Part shown: one piece after another, positions 42,982 through 52,488 of the stretch
Layout of the letters: the number at the start of each line of letters is the position of its first letter
How positions within the stretch are numbered: the stretch's first letter is position 1
Origin: an uncultured candidate division Zixibacteria bacterium
GTDB lineage: Bacteria; Zixibacteria; MSB-5A5; GN15; PGXB01
Direction: 5' to 3'
Length of the DNA: 64,000 nucleotides
Assembly: GCA_963702205.1 (NCBI GenBank)
Contig: OY969724.1
Location: forward strand, 1,632,001-1,696,000
Position numbers and translations under genes: made by a program
The notes under the pieces: model-generated
Database searches by the model: none
What the model was told of the DNA's origin: nothing
The model's input: only the letters and a program-made list of their open reading frames with translations

Positions 42982-44304
42982 ATGAATAAGAACGAAAGTC
43001 TGGAACTGGCGCACTGGGCGATCAAGGTCGCACAAAAAAACGGGGCCGACCAGGCCTCGGTGGACATCAGCAAGTCGCGCAATATAAGCGTCTCGTATCA
43101 TGACCGAAAACCGGAAAACCTGAACGAATCGACTCAAAACGGTTTGAGCCTGCGCGTGTTCGCCAACAATCGCTTTTCCAGTCACAATACGAGCAATCTC
43201 AAGAAAGACGCGTTGGAGAAATTTATCGGCGAAGCCGTGTCCCTGACCAAATACCTCGGCGAAGATAAATTCCGGACGCTGCCCGACCCGAAGTACTACG
43301 AGGGTAAGAAAGTCGTCGATCTGAAAATTGACGACGCCGATTACGATAATATAACGTCGAAGCAGCGAGTCGAGCTGGCGGAAAAACTCGAAGACATCAC
43401 CCTGGCCAAAAGCGACAAAATCATATCGTGCACGTCGGAGTATGGCGACACGAAATCATTCAGCGTCAAACTTAACAGCAACGGCTTCGAGGGGTCTCAC
43501 GAAGAAACCGATTATTACTGTTACGTGACGACGACCTTCATGGACGGCAACGGTGGCCGCCCGAGCGATTTCGATTATACTGAGGTCAAATACTTCAGGA
43601 ATCTGGCGCCGCTTGAACAACTGGCGAAAAACACGATCGAACGTACCGAACGCAAACTCGGTCAGACCAAACTCGCGTCGGGTAAATACGATATGATCGT
43701 GGAAAACCGTACGGCCACCCGCCTTTTGGGGTCGTTGTTCAATGCTATGCAGGGACGAGCCCTGCAGCAGAAGAGTTCTTTCCTGCTCGATAAGCTGGGG
43801 CAGAAGATCGCTTCGGACAAACTGACATTTGTCGATGATCCTTTTATCGAGGGCGGTATGGGGTCGTCCCTTTTCGACGGCGAAGGTATGGCTACCCGAA
43901 AGCGCATCATGATCGACAAAGGCGTCCTGCAGTCATATTATATCGATACCTATTACGCCAACAAAATGGGTGTCGAGCCGACCGGCGGTTCGAGGACGAA
44001 CGTCGTCATCGAGCCGGGAAATAAATCGCTCGACGACCTGATCGCCCAGTGTAAGAAAGGCATCTTCGTGACCAGTTTTGTGGGCGGCAATTCCAACAGT
44101 ACGACCGGAGATTTCTCCACCGGGATTATTGGGATGTACGTCGAGAACGGGAAGATCGTCAAACCGGTTAACGAAATGAACATCACCGGCAATCACAATG
44201 ACATTTGGAATCAGATGGTCGACGTGGGCAATGACATGTATACCATATCGTCGTGGCGTCGTCCCAGCCTGTATTTTACGGATATCGAATTCAGCGGTAT
44301 CTGA
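42982..44304 (+). CDS. pmbA: PmbA/TldE subunit
   Basis: FDGEG, NSTTGDFS, follows tldD, lacks HExxxH. Confidence 0.88.
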   Translation: MNKNESLELAHWAIKVAQKNGADQASVDISKSRNISVSYHDRKPENLNESTQNGLSLRVFANNRFSSHNTSNLKKDALEKFIGEAVSLTKYLGEDKFRTLPDPKYYEGKKVVDLKIDDADYDNITSKQRVELAEKLEDITLAKSDKIISCTSEYGDTKSFSVKLNSNGFEGSHEETDYYCYVTTTFMDGNGGRPSDFDYTEVKYFRNLAPLEQLAKNTIERTERKLGQTKLASGKYDMIVENRTATRLLGSLFNAMQGRALQQKSSFLLDKLGQKIASDKLTFVDDPFIEGGMGSSLFDGEGMATRKRIMIDKGVLQSYYIDTYYANKMGVEPTGGSRTNVVIEPGNKSLDDLIAQCKKGIFVTSFVGGNSNSTTGDFSTGIIGMYVENGKIVKPVNEMNITGNHNDIWNQMVDVGNDMYTISSWRRPSLYFTDIEFSGI

Positions 44305-44323
44305 TTCGTATACTTGATCTTAC

Positions 44324-44359
44324 AAAGCCGCCGGTTTTATATCCGGCGGCTTTTTTTTT
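44324..44359 (+). terminator. Rho-independent terminator
   Basis: AAAGCCGCCGG...CCGGCGGC followed by T9. Confidence 0.85.
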
Positions 44360-44506
44360 GCCCGGCCCGGCCTCGTGCGAGCCATAGTGTTTATTTAATC
44401 GCTTTGGGAATATCTGCAGCTTCATTGTCGGGTTTCTCGTCCCGATAAATTGGGACCTGGAACCCGACCTGCTTTTGACTCGTGCGTTGTGATCGGCGGG
44501 TCCTCA

Positions 44507-44660
44507 GAGGCTGTCCCAAAAGTGTTCCGTCGGGTGTTGATTTCGACGTGGTCGAAATTGTCACCCGACGGAAACCGTTGAAAGACCGCAGGGTCACATC
44601 CCGACTTCGTCGGGACAAGACCACGCGGAACTTAAAAAGAGGTACTTTTGGGACAGCCTC
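44507..44660. mobile_element. 154-bp MITE with 16-bp TIRs and CTCA target duplication, inserted in a REP
   Basis: GAGGCTGTCCCAAAAG...CTTTTGGGACAGCCTC flanked by CTCA on both sides. Confidence 0.85.
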
Positions 44661-44852
44661 CTCAGACCCACCGCCTGACCTGCCAGCCCGAAAATCGGCC
44701 AGGCATAACCCGGCTTCTCCTGATCGATTTCAATTTTCCGGCTTTATTCAACCGTATTTAATTCTTGACTCAGCCTGTCCATTATCGCGAACATATTCGA
44801 GATTTTATTTGTTATGAGAACAAACGCGTTATAAAAATTTAGAGGGAAATGC

Positions 44853-45629
44853 ATGAATGCCAAAAGACTGGCCATCCCGGCCGTTATAATTCTGTTAATC
44901 GCCGCCATTATGTACAGCCAGGCCCCAAAAACGGAAAGCGCGGCGAAAGAACCCGCAAATACGAGCGATATGGAATCGGTTCAGGCCAAACTCGATGCCA
45001 TGAAGGCCGCCTTCGAAAAGCAGGCCCCGCCCGATATGGTGGCAGCCCTTTCCGAGGGGGTACGAGACGTGGCCGCTTCGGGGGTTCTCCAAACGGCTCT
45101 TAAGGTTGGAGACAAAGCGCCCGATTTCGAGCTGCCCGATGCCGTCGGCAAGACGGTGAAACTGTCAAACCTTCTGGCCGACGGGCCGGTGATTCTCACC
45201 TGGTACCGGGGCGTCTGGTGACCGTACTGTAACATTCAGTTGAATGTTTACAACAATGAACTCGACCAATTCAAAGAGGCCGGGGCAGCGCATCTCGTGG
45301 CGATAAGCCCTCAGAATCCCGACAGCTCGTTGTCGATGAAAGAAAGACACGACCTTAAATTCGAGGTATTATCCGACGTCGGCAGTAAAGTCGCGCAGCA
45401 GTACGGGGTCTCGTACGTCCTGCCCGATATCCTTGTCAGGAAATTCAGCGGACATCTGAACCTTCAGGCGTACAACGACGATGCTTCCAACCGTTTGCCG
45501 ATCGCGGTGACTTATATAATCGGCAAGGACGGGATTATAAAATACGCCTTCCTCGATTCGGATTACAGGAAACGCGCCGAACCGGCGGGCCTTATCGCGG
45601 AACTAAAAGATATCCAGGACAGCTATTAA
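44853..45629 (+). CDS. Exported AhpC/TSA (Prx-like) selenoprotein, Sec at TGA 45219-45221
   Basis: The two listed ORFs are in frame: WYRGVW-U-PYCN; hairpin at 45228-45252 just downstream of the TGA. Confidence 0.85.
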
Positions 45630-45732
45630 TGAAAATGTCGTGAAGAACTAATATCGGGTTAACATGAAGCGTTTATAATGTCAGTGCTGATACGGCATTT
45701 ACTTATCAGTATCTTGTTAGCCCAAGAGAAAC

Positions 45733-45757
45733 AAAAGGGGTGAAGAGCCCCTTTTTT
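45733..45757. terminator. Bidirectional terminator
   Basis: AAAAGGGG-N7-CCCCTTTTTT between convergent genes. Confidence 0.6.
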
Positions 45758-46067
45758 ATTGGGGCCAGTCACCCTCGATGACGCGGGTGACATCGGTACG
45801 GCTGAAGAAATAAGGCAGCGTGTCGCCCGGGCCGCGTTTTTCTGTGACCACCAGAAACACGGTGGCATCGAAAATGGCGATGACCGTCTCTTTGGGAGAA
45901 TCTATTTCAAGCCCCTGGGCCTGTTTCCCCACTTCTATATATAAAGGCGGCTGCCAATGATAGGCCGAATTGACGTGGATGGCTTTGATATATTTATCAC
46001 GGATTTTTGTGCGCATTCTCACGGCGAGATCGTCCTTGAGTTTATTCCATTCGTCACGGTTGAGCAT
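45756..46067 (-). CDS. Hypothetical protein
   Basis: 103-aa ORF with protein-like composition, ends at a terminator. Confidence 0.6.
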   Translation of the reverse strand: MLNRDEWNKLKDDLAVRMRTKIRDKYIKAIHVNSAYHWQPPLYIEVGKQAQGLEIDSPKETVIAIFDATVFLVVTEKRGPGDTLPYFFSRTDVTRVIEGDWPQ

Positions 46068-46139
46068 AACCGTGAATATAGTACAAAAAAAACCCGCGGC
46101 AATAAAATTACCACGGGTTTTAGGGGGAGATTGGAATTT

Positions 46140-46726
46140 TTACTTTTTAATACGCCGTTTGATTCCCAGCCCGAGGAGCCCAAGGCCCATCAGAAGCATC
46201 GATCCCGGTTCCGGGACGACCGTCTGTGTATCGGGACGGAGAATGTAATAACCATCGGCGTTACTGGCGGTGTTCCAGCCATGGCCCCCGGCGCGTCCGT
46301 CTTTGGAATAAAAGTCGCCTTCAATTGGATTACGCCAGGAATAGAAGCTGTATTGGCCGGATGACCAGTCCATTTTCATGGCCGATTCGATACCGTCTTT
46401 GTTTCCGAATTCGACACCGTAGCCCGAATAATCCCAGAAGTCGTTGTGTGTGACATTGGGAGAGACTTCAATAGTCAAGTGACTGGGTTCCCCAATGAGT
46501 GAATTTCCGTCAAGATCGGTCAGCCAGGTACCTGGTAGAACCAGGAATGGTCAGCCTGCTCATCAACCTGCCAGGCAATCTTAAAGCCGTTATAGCCCCA
46601 GTTTCCGGTGGCATCGACGCCTTGATTGGACGTCAACATCCCGTTGAACGAAGACAATTGCGCGCTGGCCGACGAGGCGATGACAAGAACCGCCAGGGTG
46701 ATAATGGTCAGCAGTGATTTTTTCAT
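46140..46726 (-). pseudogene. PEP-CTERM sorting-domain protein, frameshifted near 46530
   Basis: Signal peptide MKKSLLTI...; C-terminal VPEPGSMLLMGLGLLGLGIKRRIKK lies in a different frame. Confidence 0.8.
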
Positions 46727-46786
46727 GGTGCCAGTATCCCATATGTTGATTTTATACTTTTCAAATATAGTTAACACATGGGAAAG

Positions 46787-46802
46787 AGCATAAATTATGC
46801 CC
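46787..46802 (-). promoter_or_regulatory. Putative sigma54 promoter of the PEP-CTERM gene
   Basis: GGGCATAATTTATGCT has GG-N10-GC spacing; sigma54 sites are known upstream of PEP-CTERM genes. Confidence 0.55.
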
Positions 46803-47246
46803 GGTCTTGGCGATTGGACAAATGTGGAGCGTTTATATCTATTATTAAAATAAGGCCGAAACGCTGAGCTAAACGACCCACCCGAGTGCTGTTTCGGTAT
46901 TGCCGTGTAATGGGATGCACTGCAATGAGTTGATGGAGGGGATAATTCACTGATTAAACGCTTTTCCTGCTTTCAATCTCAGGGAAATCGTTGATTTATG
47001 GAAATTGACAGCAATTTTTATTTCGAGAAAACCTATTATCGCCCAAAATCACGAAGTTATGAACGAAATTGCGCAGACGATTTCACATAAAAATGAAACA
47101 ACTTGCACGTATGTTGTTGTTATATATTATGATAGAGATATGGGAAAAGGAGTAAAAATATCGTATTGCGATAGATTCGCGCTTGCCTTTTGCCGATTTT
47201 ATATTATAATGAGGCGCTTTTTTAAAACAATACGAGAATTGAGGTT

Positions 47247-47582
47247 ATGTTAAAAGTAAGCGACACTGCCAAAACCGAACTGGACAAGATCCTGGCCTCC
47301 GATATGGCCAAAGACCGGCAGCTTATTCTGTTCTTTCAGGGGGCTGGCTGAAGCGGCCCGGTTATCGGTATGACTCTGGCGGAGTCAACCGACGGCCTGG
47401 TCAGGCTGGAATCGAACGGACTGAGTGCCTATATCGAGCCGGGGCTGAACGAACATATCGAACGGATGGGCGACATCAATATCGATTTTGTCAATAATGC
47501 CATGGGTTCCGGATATACGATTACCGTCGGCGAACCAGGTGACTGCTCGTCCGACTGCGGCTCCAAAGGCTGCAGTTGTTAG
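47247..47582 (+). CDS. HesB/IscA-like selenoprotein, Sec at codon 35 (TGA 47349-47351)
   Basis: RBS GAGG; FFQGAG-U-SGPVIGMTL; SECIS-like hairpin 47365-47392; adjacent paralogue has Cys at codon 35. Confidence 0.88.
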
Positions 47583-47615
47583 CCGGTAATTGACATTTCT
47601 AATTTTAGATTTAAT

Positions 47616-47648
47616 AAGCCAAATCTCTTTATGAGGTTTGGCTTTTTT
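47616..47648 (+). terminator. Rho-independent terminator between the HesB paralogues
   Basis: AAGCCAAAT...GTTTGGC followed by T6. Confidence 0.7.
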
Positions 47649-47749
47649 ATTCCGCTTCTGCATGCTCATGTGCTTTCATTTTTGCTTGATTTATCGTAAC
47701 ATTTTATTAGTTTGACCGATAGAAGCGAAAAGACGAAAGGATGATTTGC

Positions 47750-48085
47750 ATGCTGTTAGTTTCCGATATCGCCCGGGATGAACTTCTGAAAGTTCTCGAA
47801 TCAGACATGGCTAACGATAAAGACCTTATTCTGTTTTATCAGGGGTCGGGCTGCCGGGGCCCGGTGCTGGGGATGACTCTCGGTGAACATACCGAAGATA
47901 TGACCAAAATCGATTCCAACCGGATCGAAGCCTATATCGAAAATTCGCTGCTCGACAGCCTCGTCAAGATCGGCGATATTCATATCGATTTCATCACCAA
48001 TGACCTCGGTGCGGGGTATTCGATTGTGGTCGGCGAGGACCGTTGCTCGACCGGCGGATGCAGCTGTTCCGGCGGCGGTCATTAG
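47750..48085 (+). CDS. HesB/IscA-like protein, Cys paralogue
   Basis: FYQGSGCRGPVLGMTL; C-terminal CSTGGCSC. Confidence 0.85.
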   Translation: MLLVSDIARDELLKVLESDMANDKDLILFYQGSGCRGPVLGMTLGEHTEDMTKIDSNRIEAYIENSLLDSLVKIGDIHIDFITNDLGAGYSIVVGEDRCSTGGCSCSGGGH

Positions 48086-48104
48086 TCTGATCGTTTCGAA
48101 TTTT

Positions 48105-48132
48105 AAAAGCCCCTCGATGAGGGGCTTTTTTT
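48105..48132 (+). terminator. Rho-independent terminator
   Basis: AAAAGCCCCTC-GAT-GAGGGGC followed by a T-run. Confidence 0.85.
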
Positions 48133-48136
48133 ATGG

Positions 48137-48496
48137 CGTCGGGTCACACTCATAAAAATGAGCAAGACCCGACGCAACAGGTACAGGATTCCCACCGCTA
48201 ATCCTTCATAAGATTCAGGACCTTCGGCCGGTGGGGCACCCAGACCATCAACGTACATTGTGATCGGTGGGTCCTCAGACCCACCGTCAACCCGGTCGAT
48301 CTGAGGATCGACCGGGCACAACGCGATTAATGAGTGCGCCGGTTACAATGTCATTCCCGACCTGATCGGAAATCCAGTCTTTCTTTAGAAGATACAAGGG
48401 CAGGACCGCCTGCACTGAGTATTCGAGGTGAGCTTTGCGAAGTGGTCCTGCCATCTTGCTTGGTTTGGCGGCGGGTCTGAGGACCCACCGATCACA
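48137..48496. repeat. REP mosaic: inverted pair TGTGATCGGTGGGTCCTCAGACCC plus other palindromes
   Basis: 48259-48290 is inverted relative to ~48465-48496; GTCATTCCCG...AATCCAG unit at ~48350; hairpins at 48293-48315 and 48137-48173. Confidence 0.8.
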
Positions 48497-48518
48497 ACGT
48501 ACGAAATGCTCCAGATGC

Positions 48519-49619
48519 CTAATTACCAAAGAAATCTGAATTGCAGGCTTTAATTTGTTCGATATGAGATGGCAGCGTCAACCCGGTCTCTTGGGCGAAG
48601 TTGGAATCTGTCAAGTGCGCGGCAGATGTCCACAGGCCTCCTGAGCTTCGAAGGATCTGCCCGCCTTCGTACGCTTTTAGAATTTCTGCTTTCAAACATT
48701 CCGCCGACAGAGCTTCCATCTTCAACGCCGAGCCTTCATCCATCAGTTCACCCGCGCCGACATGAGGGGAGAGTACCACCGGAGTTCCGCACTGCACCGA
48801 TTCGACCGCCGCCAGTCCGAACGGCTCGTACTGCGACGGCATAAGAGTCACATCGGCGGCGGCATACAGTTTCGGCATGTCGGTCACGTAGCCGAGATAT
48901 TTAACCCTATGTTCCGGCAGCGATTCATCGGGGCGACTGCCCGCGATCGCCAGTTGAAAATCTTTTTGTGGCAGGGCGGCGAAGGCACCGAGGACCAAAT
49001 CCAATCCTTTGCGTTTATGTCCGGTCGAGACGAACAATAGTACAAATCGGTCTTTATCAAGATTGAATTCTTCTTTGAGTTTTAATTGATCGTGTTTCAG
49101 TTCCGGACGAAATTTGTCGCCGTCGACCGGAGGATAGATCACTCTCATTTTGTCATCGGAGACGCCATACAGCTGCGCGAGTTCTTTTTTCATCATCTCC
49201 GAATGCGGAATGATGACCGGGGTGGAATCGTAGCAGTTTCTTTCATGGCTGATTTCGAGTTGATCCATAAGGCTCGGCCTTTTCATGATGTACTGCAGGT
49301 AACCTTTATGAGTCCCGCCGCAGACGATCATCTTCTGTCCGGTCGAACGGGTGACCGATAAACTCAGGTCGTACTTGAGCTTTTTCATCACGCCCGGAAG
49401 CCGCCCTGAGAAAAAGATTTTGCGAAGCGGCTTGGGGATTATTTTGACGTCGTTCTTGACCACTTTGCAACGATCTAAATAGGGCGTTTTCTCGTCGACT
49501 TTGGAAGTCACGAGAGTCACTTCATCACCGGCGTCGGAAAATCCCTTGACCAGGTCGATCAAATATCTTTCCATGCCGCCCCGGCTGATGTACTGGTGAT
49601 GTATGAGTGCAATTTTCAT
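48519..49619 (-). CDS. Glycosyltransferase family 4 (RfaG/WaaG-like)
   Basis: GGMERY, HKRKGL, YEPFGLAAVE. Confidence 0.9.
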   Translation of the reverse strand: MKIALIHHQYISRGGMERYLIDLVKGFSDAGDEVTLVTSKVDEKTPYLDRCKVVKNDVKIIPKPLRKIFFSGRLPGVMKKLKYDLSLSVTRSTGQKMIVCGGTHKGYLQYIMKRPSLMDQLEISHERNCYDSTPVIIPHSEMMKKELAQLYGVSDDKMRVIYPPVDGDKFRPELKHDQLKLKEEFNLDKDRFVLLFVSTGHKRKGLDLVLGAFAALPQKDFQLAIAGSRPDESLPEHRVKYLGYVTDMPKLYAAADVTLMPSQYEPFGLAAVESVQCGTPVVLSPHVGAGELMDEGSALKMEALSAECLKAEILKAYEGGQILRSSGGLWTSAAHLTDSNFAQETGLTLPSHIEQIKACNSDFFGN

Positions 49620-49801
49620 AAATCTATTTTGTTACCATATTGCTGTTCATTTTTTGAACAGGCCAGCACCGACCATAATAGCGCCTATGCATCAATTAAT
49701 CATGGCATTTTTTTTGCGCTATATACCTTCGGAAATATAGACAATATACCTGTAACTGCAATAATATTCGGCACTTGGGCCGTTTAAAAAGGCAGGCCAA
49801 T

Positions 49802-50653
49802 ATGAAAAAAGCGCTACTTCTTTTCACACTTGGAATCTTTCTCTGCAATATAACGCCGGCTCTGGCGGAATCGCCGTATTATGCCGGTAAGATCGTCGTG
49901 GAAAATAAAACGGTCGAGCCCGGCCAGTCGTTCGTGATTAAAATCCGTCTGCAAAACAACAGCTTCAACCTGACCGGAATCAAAATCCCGCTGCGTATAA
50001 GCAGCTCGAGTCTTACCTGCAGTTACGTCGGTTTCGGCGGATCAGTCAAAAATGCCGAGATGACAAGCTATTATGGGATCGATGGCCGCAATATAGAGAT
50101 CGCGTATATTCCCGCTGTAATCGATCCGATGGCCGTGGTCAGCGTCGATTCCGGAATTATCGCCACATTATATATGACCGCCGCGGCCGGTGCGCCCGAT
50201 GAAAACGTCACAATCTCGCCAATCTCGGAAATAACACCCGTGTCTTTCGCGGGACAGACTCTTTATAAAGCGACCCGCCCGGAATTTATGGACGCCACCG
50301 GCTTGTATGTCCTGACGCCTCAGTTCGAGGGCGGCAATATTGCAATTCAGCTGGCTTCGGGTGTCGACGACGGCCCGAACATGATCCCGACCGAGTTTGC
50401 GCTCCACCAGAATTATCCCAACCCGTTTAATCCATCGACCCACATCTCGTTCGACCTGCCGTCGCGCAGTTTTGTCAGTCTCGATGTTTACGACCTGCTG
50501 GGTCGAAGGGTGGCGACGCTGGCCGACGGTGTTCTGGAGTCGGGTCGCCACGAGCTGGAATGGGACGCCTCGAATTATCCCAGCGGGCTGTATCTGTATC
50601 GCCTCAAAACCGATGCCGGAGTTCTGACCAAAAAGATGGTTCTCATGAAATAA
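49802..50653 (+). CDS. Secreted protein with cohesin-like domain and FlgD-Ig/T9SS-type-A-like C-terminus
   Basis: Signal peptide; VEPGQSFVIKIRLQN...GIIATLYM...PQFEGGNIAI; PTEFALHQNYPNPFNP...KKMVLMK. Confidence 0.72.
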   Translation: MKKALLLFTLGIFLCNITPALAESPYYAGKIVVENKTVEPGQSFVIKIRLQNNSFNLTGIKIPLRISSSSLTCSYVGFGGSVKNAEMTSYYGIDGRNIEIAYIPAVIDPMAVVSVDSGIIATLYMTAAAGAPDENVTISPISEITPVSFAGQTLYKATRPEFMDATGLYVLTPQFEGGNIAIQLASGVDDGPNMIPTEFALHQNYPNPFNPSTHISFDLPSRSFVSLDVYDLLGRRVATLADGVLESGRHELEWDASNYPSGLYLYRLKTDAGVLTKKMVLMK

Positions 50654-50715
50654 AGGTCTTGTTGGATTGTGCCGATTAATGGAGAGAAAGCCGCCAAGAC
50701 GGCGTTTTTTCCAAT

Positions 50716-52413
50716 ATGAATGAAATGGCACAAGCACTTAAGACTTCAAAAAAGCCGGAAATACCCGACTACGAAATAACTTCAAAGATCGGGGAAGGCG
50801 GCATTGCCGAAATTTTCAAGGCGCGCCAGATTTCCCTGAACCGCGATGTCGCGATCAAAGTCCTTTTCGCCGATCTTACCAACGACGAGGACATCGTCCG
50901 GCGTTTCGACCAGGAATCGTTTACCATCGCCCGTCTCAATCATCCCAATATCGTGCACGTCATCGACCGGGGCAAGGACGGCGACCGCTATTATTTCATA
51001 ATGGAATTCGTGGACGGCATTTCGTTCAAGGACATGATTCTGTCCGATAAGTACACTTTTCAGAATAAAATGAAAATCATAATCGGGGTTTTGAAAGGCC
51101 TCGATTACGCTCATAAAAACGGCGTTATCCACCGCGACATCAAACCGGCCAACATTTTGATCGACCGCGAGGGCAATCCGCTCGTGGCCGATTTCGGCAT
51201 CGCGCAGATAGTCAACAAGACCGATCAGGAATCCACGTCGACCGATATAATCATGGGCACGCTGGCGTACATGTCGCCCGAGCAAAAATTATCTTCGGCC
51301 AATGTCAATCTGACGACCGACATTTATTCGGTCGGGGTTATGATATACGAAATCCTGACCGGGCAGAAACCGCACGGAAGGTTCAAGCTGCCGTCGGAGA
51401 TTGACCCGAAGTACAACCGGGCTTTCGATGACATCATCAACCGCTGTCTGGCGCAAAGTCCGAGCGACCGTTTCCAAAGCGCGGTGGAACTTAAGGACGC
51501 GCTGCTGAACGCGTTGTCCATGCCGGGAGTCGGAGAACAGCCCGCGCCGAACAACCGGGCGTCGGATTCGTTTGTCGGCAAATGCCAGTACCTCGACACT
51601 CTCAAAGAAACGAAATACAGCTCGACCATGCTGGTGGAGAACAAAGAGACGCATCAGCTGTATGTCATCAAGAAGAAAGAGCGCTCGACCGACGGGCTTC
51701 GTGAAGCGCGTATGCTGGCGAGTTTGAAGCATAAAAACATAATCGATATTCTTGGCGCCGGAGGGGACGCCAAGCGCACGGTTATTATGATGGAATACGC
51801 CCCCGGAGGATCGCTGGCCGACCGCATGGTTCGTAAGTACGAATACGAACAGGCGATGCATATCGTATCGGAACTAGCCGAGGGGCTCGATTTTGCGCAC
51901 AAGCACGGTATCATCCACGGCGATATCCGGCCATCGAACGTGCTTTTTTGCAAGGATGATCAGATAAAGCTGTCCGATTTCGGTCTGCCGCCGCATTATA
52001 ATCTGAAAGAGAAAAACTGGTACGCTCCTCCGGAGAAGAAAACCTCCCGTCAGGGTGACATTTATTCTCTGGGTGTAATCTTGTATCAGCTTCTAACCGC
52101 GAGCAACCCGGCCTATGACCGGGGCGGCAAGCTCTATACAACACCGCTTAACAGAACCGTCCCTGAAGAGTTTAAAAAAATAATATCAAAAATGTTAGCG
52201 ATAAGAGTATCGCGTCGGTATGGTGAAATTGAAGAATTTCTCAAGGACTGGGAGAACCTCCAGAAATATTTGAATCGCCCCACCCGACCCGTTGTGCCAA
52301 TCGTGCAGGAAGAAAAGCGGAGCGGTATCGATAAAAAACAGATTTTGATTTTCTCTGCAATTTCATTCGCCATCGTAGTCATCACCGCGCTGTTGATATA
52401 TTTCCTGAAATAA
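50716..52413 (+). CDS. Hanks-type Ser/Thr kinase with a second kinase-like domain and C-terminal TM helix
   Basis: GEGG, VAIK, HRDIKPAN, DFG, SPE; second domain HGDIRPSN, DFG, PPE. Confidence 0.9.
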   Translation: MNEMAQALKTSKKPEIPDYEITSKIGEGGIAEIFKARQISLNRDVAIKVLFADLTNDEDIVRRFDQESFTIARLNHPNIVHVIDRGKDGDRYYFIMEFVDGISFKDMILSDKYTFQNKMKIIIGVLKGLDYAHKNGVIHRDIKPANILIDREGNPLVADFGIAQIVNKTDQESTSTDIIMGTLAYMSPEQKLSSANVNLTTDIYSVGVMIYEILTGQKPHGRFKLPSEIDPKYNRAFDDIINRCLAQSPSDRFQSAVELKDALLNALSMPGVGEQPAPNNRASDSFVGKCQYLDTLKETKYSSTMLVENKETHQLYVIKKKERSTDGLREARMLASLKHKNIIDILGAGGDAKRTVIMMEYAPGGSLADRMVRKYEYEQAMHIVSELAEGLDFAHKHGIIHGDIRPSNVLFCKDDQIKLSDFGLPPHYNLKEKNWYAPPEKKTSRQGDIYSLGVILYQLLTASNPAYDRGGKLYTTPLNRTVPEEFKKIISKMLAIRVSRRYGEIEEFLKDWENLQKYLNRPTRPVVPIVQEEKRSGIDKKQILIFSAISFAIVVITALLIYFLK

Positions 52414-52488
52414 ATATAGTACTGCCCAATTGCGGCCAACCACCCGTTGGGTGGGCTAAAAGAATTTTAATAAACACTTCGTACCTAT

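Noticed and set aside
46520..46522. TGA in the PEP-CTERM gene as selenocysteine
   Set aside because: The downstream coding sequence is in a different frame, so this is a frameshift rather than readthrough
44849..47582. Genome-wide TGA reassignment (code 4 or 25)
   Set aside because: TGA ends ordinary genes such as pmbA and degP; readthrough is seen only at Cys-equivalent redox sites
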